Assembly: GCA_963727455.1 (NCBI GenBank)
Contig: CAVSGG010000007.1
Span: 115,478 to 179,477, forward strand
From: Candidatus Krumholzibacteriota bacterium
Lineage (GTDB): Bacteria > Krumholzibacteriota > Krumholzibacteriia > JAJRXK01
Direction of reading: 5' to 3'
Length of the DNA: 64,000 nt
The notes under the pieces are model-generated. The model saw nothing but the letters and a program-made list of their open reading frames with translations, was not told the origin of the DNA and made no database searches. Below are positions 59,785-64,000 of this stretch, piece after piece. Numbering within the stretch: the first letter of the stretch is position 1; each line of letters starts with the position of its first letter. A program made the position numbers and the translations under genes.

Positions 59785-62700
59785 TCAGCTTCTGGTTGTG
59801 CCCAGATTCCCTTGGGATCGAGCCAGCGGTAGAGTCCGGGCAACAGAAAGAGCACGATCGGACCCGACAGGGTGAAGCCGCCGATCACCGCGATCGCCAG
59901 AGGCTGGATGAGCTGCGCACCTTGTCCCATGGCCAGAGCCAAGGGCGCCAGGGCGAAGCCGGTGGCGAAGATCGTCATGGCCATGGGGCGCAATCGTCGG
60001 CGAGCAGACCTGTGCCAGGCCTCTTTCGACGAGAGTCCCTCCTGCAGTCCCAGTCTGGCTTCGTTGATCGCGAACATCACGTTGTCGCCCACCAATCCCA
60101 CCATCATGATGGCCCCGACGTAGCTGGAGACGTTGAGGGTCTGCCCGGTCAAGCGGAGCGCGCCCAGTGCGCCGGCCAGGGAGGTGACGGCAGCCAAGGA
60201 GCTGACCAGTGGTGCGCGCCAGTCCCCGAAAGAAAACAGGATGACCAGGGATACCAGAACCAGCCCGGCGAGCAAAAGGTAGAGCAAGTCGCGAAAGGAC
60301 TTCTGCTGTTGCTCGTACTGTCCTCCATAGCGAATGGACATCCCGACTCCCAGCTCCAGTTCCCGGTCGATTCGACGGCGGATTTCGGCAATCGTGCTGC
60401 CCAAATCACGACCGGAGATGCGGGCAGTCACTCCGACGTAGGTCTTGAGATTCTCACGATCGATCTCGGTTTCGGGCAATCCTGTACGAATGCTGGCCAC
60501 TTCGTGGAGAGGGAGGAGCGCGGTTCCGGCTCGGATGCTCAGATCGCTCAGGGGTCCATCGTGCGGCATGAGCACCCGGACATCGTGCATCCGGTCGCCC
60601 ACCTGGATCTCCCCGGCCACCGTTCCCAAAATGGCAGGTTCGACTTCCGCATGAAGATCTTGCGTCGTGATGCCGTAGCGCGCGGCCGCCTCCGGTTTCA
60701 CCCTGATCTCCAAAGCTGGTCCGGCGATGACGATACCGTCGAAAGTGTCCTCGGTACCACGCACGTCGGCCACGATCTCCGCGACCTTTTTCGCTTTCTG
60801 CTCCAGGAGAACGGGGTCCTCCCCGAAAATCTTGATGTCGATGGGCTGGGGCTCTCCGCCTGTCAAATCGCCGATGTCATCTTCCAGAATCTGGCCGAAG
60901 TCCGTGTGGACCGCGGGCTCTACCCGGGCAATGCGGCCGCGGAGATCGTCGACCACGTCGTCCAAGGATCGGCGTTGTCCACGCGGCTTGAGGTTGATCA
61001 CGTAATCTCCGGAATTTGGCTCGGTGATGAAGAAGCCGAGCTGAGTTCCGGTGCGCCGTGAGTAACTCTCGACGTCGGGAGTGGCGAGAATGACTTTTTC
61101 CACTTGCTGGAGCATCTCGTCCGTGTCGGTGAGAGATGTCCCCGGCGGCGTCCAGTAGTCCAAAATGATCGAGCCCTCGTCCATCGCCGGCAAAAAATCG
61201 GTTCCAATGTGACGGTAGAGCAATACGGTTCCCATCAAGAGCGCAATCAATGTGAAGGCCGCGACCCAACCGTGTTCGATAAACAATCCCGCGACTCGCG
61301 AGTAAGCAGACTCTAGCTTCTGACCCAGCCTCCGCTTCGAGTCCGATCCGTGATCATCCTCCAGCTGATCTTCGAGAGGATGCGAAACCGGAGGAGAGCT
61401 GCCATCTCGTTCCAGGATCTGAAGGCCCAGTGGCGCCGCGACCGCTGCGATGAAAAAAGAGATGGTCAGAGCGAGGGCCATGGTCATGGCCAGCGGCTTG
61501 AAGAAGGCGCCGGTGATTCCGGGCAAGAGAGCAAAGGGAACGAAAATGATGACGGTGGCCACGCTGGAACCGATGAGGGCGGGCAACAACTCGTGAAGGG
61601 AAGTTCCCACCGGGTCAAAATGCCCTGCATCCCGGTGCCTTTCGACGTCCTCCAGCACGACGATGGCATCGTCCGCGATCAAACCGAGCGCGGCGGCGAT
61701 GCCGGCCAGCGTCATCAGGTTGATGGTTTGATGGAAACCACCGAGTGCGAGACCCATGATGGCGACGGTGACCGGGATGGCCGCGGAGGCCACCAGGGTA
61801 CTGCGCCAGCGCCGGAGAAAGACAAAGAGCACTACCGCCGCGAGCAGGACTCCGATGAGAATCGCGGACTCCGTGCCCGCGACCGAGTCGGACACGAAGC
61901 GGGCCTGGTCGTAGAAGGGGGTCCAGCTTACTCCATTCGGCAGAAGCTCGGGATGATCGTGCAGGAGCTGACGAATGCTCTTCTCGATGGCGACGGTGTT
62001 GGCGGATGGTTGCCGGATCACGTTCAAGAGAACCGCGGGCTTCCCGTCGGCCGTGGTGCGAATGTAGGAGATCTCGTTGGCGACCGAGAGTTCGCCCAAT
62101 TCGGCAAGTGTCACCGGCGGACCGTCCGCAATGGGAATCGAAATGCGAGAAAGGGCCTCGAGGTCGTGCACTCGACCATTCACCAGAGCCAGATACAGTT
62201 CGTGGTTCTGTTCGACGAGACCAGCTGAAAGCACATCGTTGTTCTCGCGCACCGCGTTCACTACTTCGGCGGCCGAGAGGCCCCTTCCCTCAAGAGCGGC
62301 TTCGTTCAGGCGAACTTGAAATTCACGGCGGCGACCGCCCTGAACCTCGATACGAGAGACCCCTTCGATGTCCAGCAAGGCCGGCTTGAGAGAGTATTCG
62401 GCCAGGTTCCAGAGCTGAGACTGGGTCAGGCTATCGGAGGTGATTGCATAGCCCAGAATCGGGAAGATGGCGGTATTCATCCACTCGACTTCGACGCGAG
62501 TATCCGGCGGAAGATCGGGTTTGATGCGTTCGGTCTCACCCCGCATGCGCTCGATGGCGGCTCGCATGTTCGTGCCCCACTTGAATTCCGCGGACAATTC
62601 CGAGGACCCGCGGGAGGTGATGGACCGCACGCGGATGACCCCGGGCACGCGCCGCGCGGCTTCTTCCAGGGGGCGAGTGACGGTGGGCATCATTCGAGCG

Positions 62701-62867
62701 GCAGGCTCTTCCCCGGCATCCGCGATGATCTTCACCAGAGGAAATGTCACCGAGGGGAAGATTGCCGAGGGGAGCCGCGTCAGCATGAAGACGCCCGCCG
62801 CGGCCAGAACCAGCAGTAGCCCGAATACCGCCGCGGGACGGCGTCGCAAGCTTCCGTAGGCGTTCAA
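59785..62867 (-). CDS. RND efflux permease (AcrB/CzcA family); probable single-base indel near 3' end removes its stop
   Basis: TTG start overlapping MFP stop; IADDAIVVLE, FFKPLA, RRLRPMAMT, QPLAIAVIGG; adding one base near 59805 gives ...LGTTRS* at 59785. Confidence 0.85.
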
Positions 62868-63891
62868 TGCGTCACCTGCACGTGCGCACCCTCGGGAAGC
62901 CCCACCTGTCCCTTGGTGATGACCTGATCTCCCGGATTCAGAGGAGGACTCAGGATCTCCACCAAATCGCTCCGAACGATGCCCGTCGAAACGGAGACCC
63001 AATGGGCGGTCCCCTGGTGCACCAGAGCGATCTGGTCCTGTCCACTGATATCGTCGCGTAGTAAGGCTGACAGGGGGACGACGGTGGCATTTTCGTGGCG
63101 ATCGACCACGATGCTGGCGGTCCCAAACAATCCGACGGCGAGCTCGAGCTGAGAGGAATCGAAATCCAATCGTACTGAAGCACTGAGGTCGCTGCTCGAG
63201 GCGGTGGGAAGGACACCGTGAACGGTGGCATCCAAGGGTTTTCCAGCCGCGGGTATGTCCACCTTGCAGGGCTCCTCGGGTTTGATCAGGGCCAAGTCAC
63301 CCTGAGATACCCGAGCCTCGAAGAAGACGGCTCCCTTCTCGGCAATCCTGAGCAGCACTTCGCCTTCCTCTACGTAGTCTCCGGGCACAGCCGAATGCGA
63401 CAACACGATTCCGGCGGCCGGTGCGGTCAGCTCCTGACGAACTTCACCCTGTTGCGCCAGCGCGATGGCACGCCGCGCGTCGATGGAATCTGCCGAGCTG
63501 ATTGCTTCCGCGAGCATACCCTTCGCTCCACGGAGCGCCGCCTCGCTGTTCTTCGAGTAGAACTTCCGCGGCACGACTTGCCCCGCTTGAACGCGGTCAC
63601 CGTCCAAGGTTTTCAGCGAAACCAAGCGCCCGGCAAAGGGCGAACGTACGCGATCCTGCCGCAGAGCTTCCGTGCGACCGGGAGCTTTCACGAGCACATC
63701 GAGATCGATGCTGGCCACGGGCTGGCTCCGGACCGTAATCCGGCGGTTGGCGCTGGGGTCTGGGATGCGCCGTCCGCGTTTGCTGGGTCTTTCGCTCTGT
63801 CCGAGCAGGCCATCAAAGTCGCCAAGAAGCCCAGAAGGAGCTCCAACACCTTCAGTTCGCTTAAAAAAGTCCTTTGCGTAGCTCGACTCAC
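62864..63891 (-). CDS. RND periplasmic adaptor (MFP) lipoprotein, apparent frameshift near 63745
   Basis: Lipoprotein-like N-terminus (ORF 63688..63891, LMAC) in a different frame from the MFP body (VRSPFAG, APAAG..GDYVEEG, VVPLSAL, GDQVIT). Confidence 0.8.
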
Positions 63892-64000
63892 GGTTTCCCC
63901 CGAAACGCTGAAGTTCTGCCTGCGCGAGGCGATAGGCGTAGATCACGTCCAGTCGGTCTTGTCTCGGGCCGGATCCATGCGTCGTAGGCGTCCAGGACCT
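63888..64000 (-). CDS. 3' end of TolC-family outer membrane protein (partial, frameshifted)
   Basis: VLDAYDAW followed in another frame by QDRLDVIYAYRLAQAELQRFGG; upstream of MFP-RND. Confidence 0.6.
   Translation of the reverse strand, partial: VLDAYDAWIRPETRPTGRDLRLSPRAGRTSAFRGKP

Noticed and set aside
58890-63002. 1370-aa RND permease fused to a secreted beta-domain
   Set aside because: The linker is not protein-like, the downstream part has its own RBS and signal peptide, and one added base restores a normal RND stop at 59785; treated as an indel artefact
1-64000. CRISPR arrays, tRNA/rRNA genes, transposases, integrases, phage genes
   Set aside because: None recognised; no regularly spaced repeats seen

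Overview
High-GC bacterial chromosomal window, mostly housekeeping genes. Several markers (PorX-like REC-PglZ next to tsaE, FlgD-Ig/T9SS-like C-terminal tail, a C-terminal 'SWGALK' motif, long multi-OstA LptD) suggest an FCB-associated diderm such as Krumholzibacteriota/Latescibacterota/Eisenbacteria; this is inference. Contents in order: ABC permease, MPG glycosylase, M16 peptidase pair, pyrF-pyrE with a GT-C/VanY-like fusion, serS, sensor kinase-PorX-tsaE-tsaB-rimI-accD-folC-ROK-lptD, HU, a UGA-readthrough UshA-like/tetraheme selenoprotein candidate, exonuclease, CBS/CGL, a 1440-aa TPR sigma-54 activator followed by a small secreted protein and a sigma-54 promoter driving a structured sRNA candidate, PrkA-YeaH-SpoVR, a tandem double-Fur protein, alr, feoAB, AlaX, HAD, an alpha/beta hydrolase, a ~730-nt highly structured ncRNA candidate with its own promoter, an M1 peptidase, a lipoprotein, an hcrCAB-like molybdoenzyme and an RND efflux system with apparent indel errors at the window end. 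Best leads: the large ncRNA candidate (50443-51175), the selenoprotein (23910-25268), the sigma-54 activator/secreted protein/sRNA module (31490-36650) and the tandem Fur with two matching operators. All family calls come from motif recognition by eye; no searches were run.
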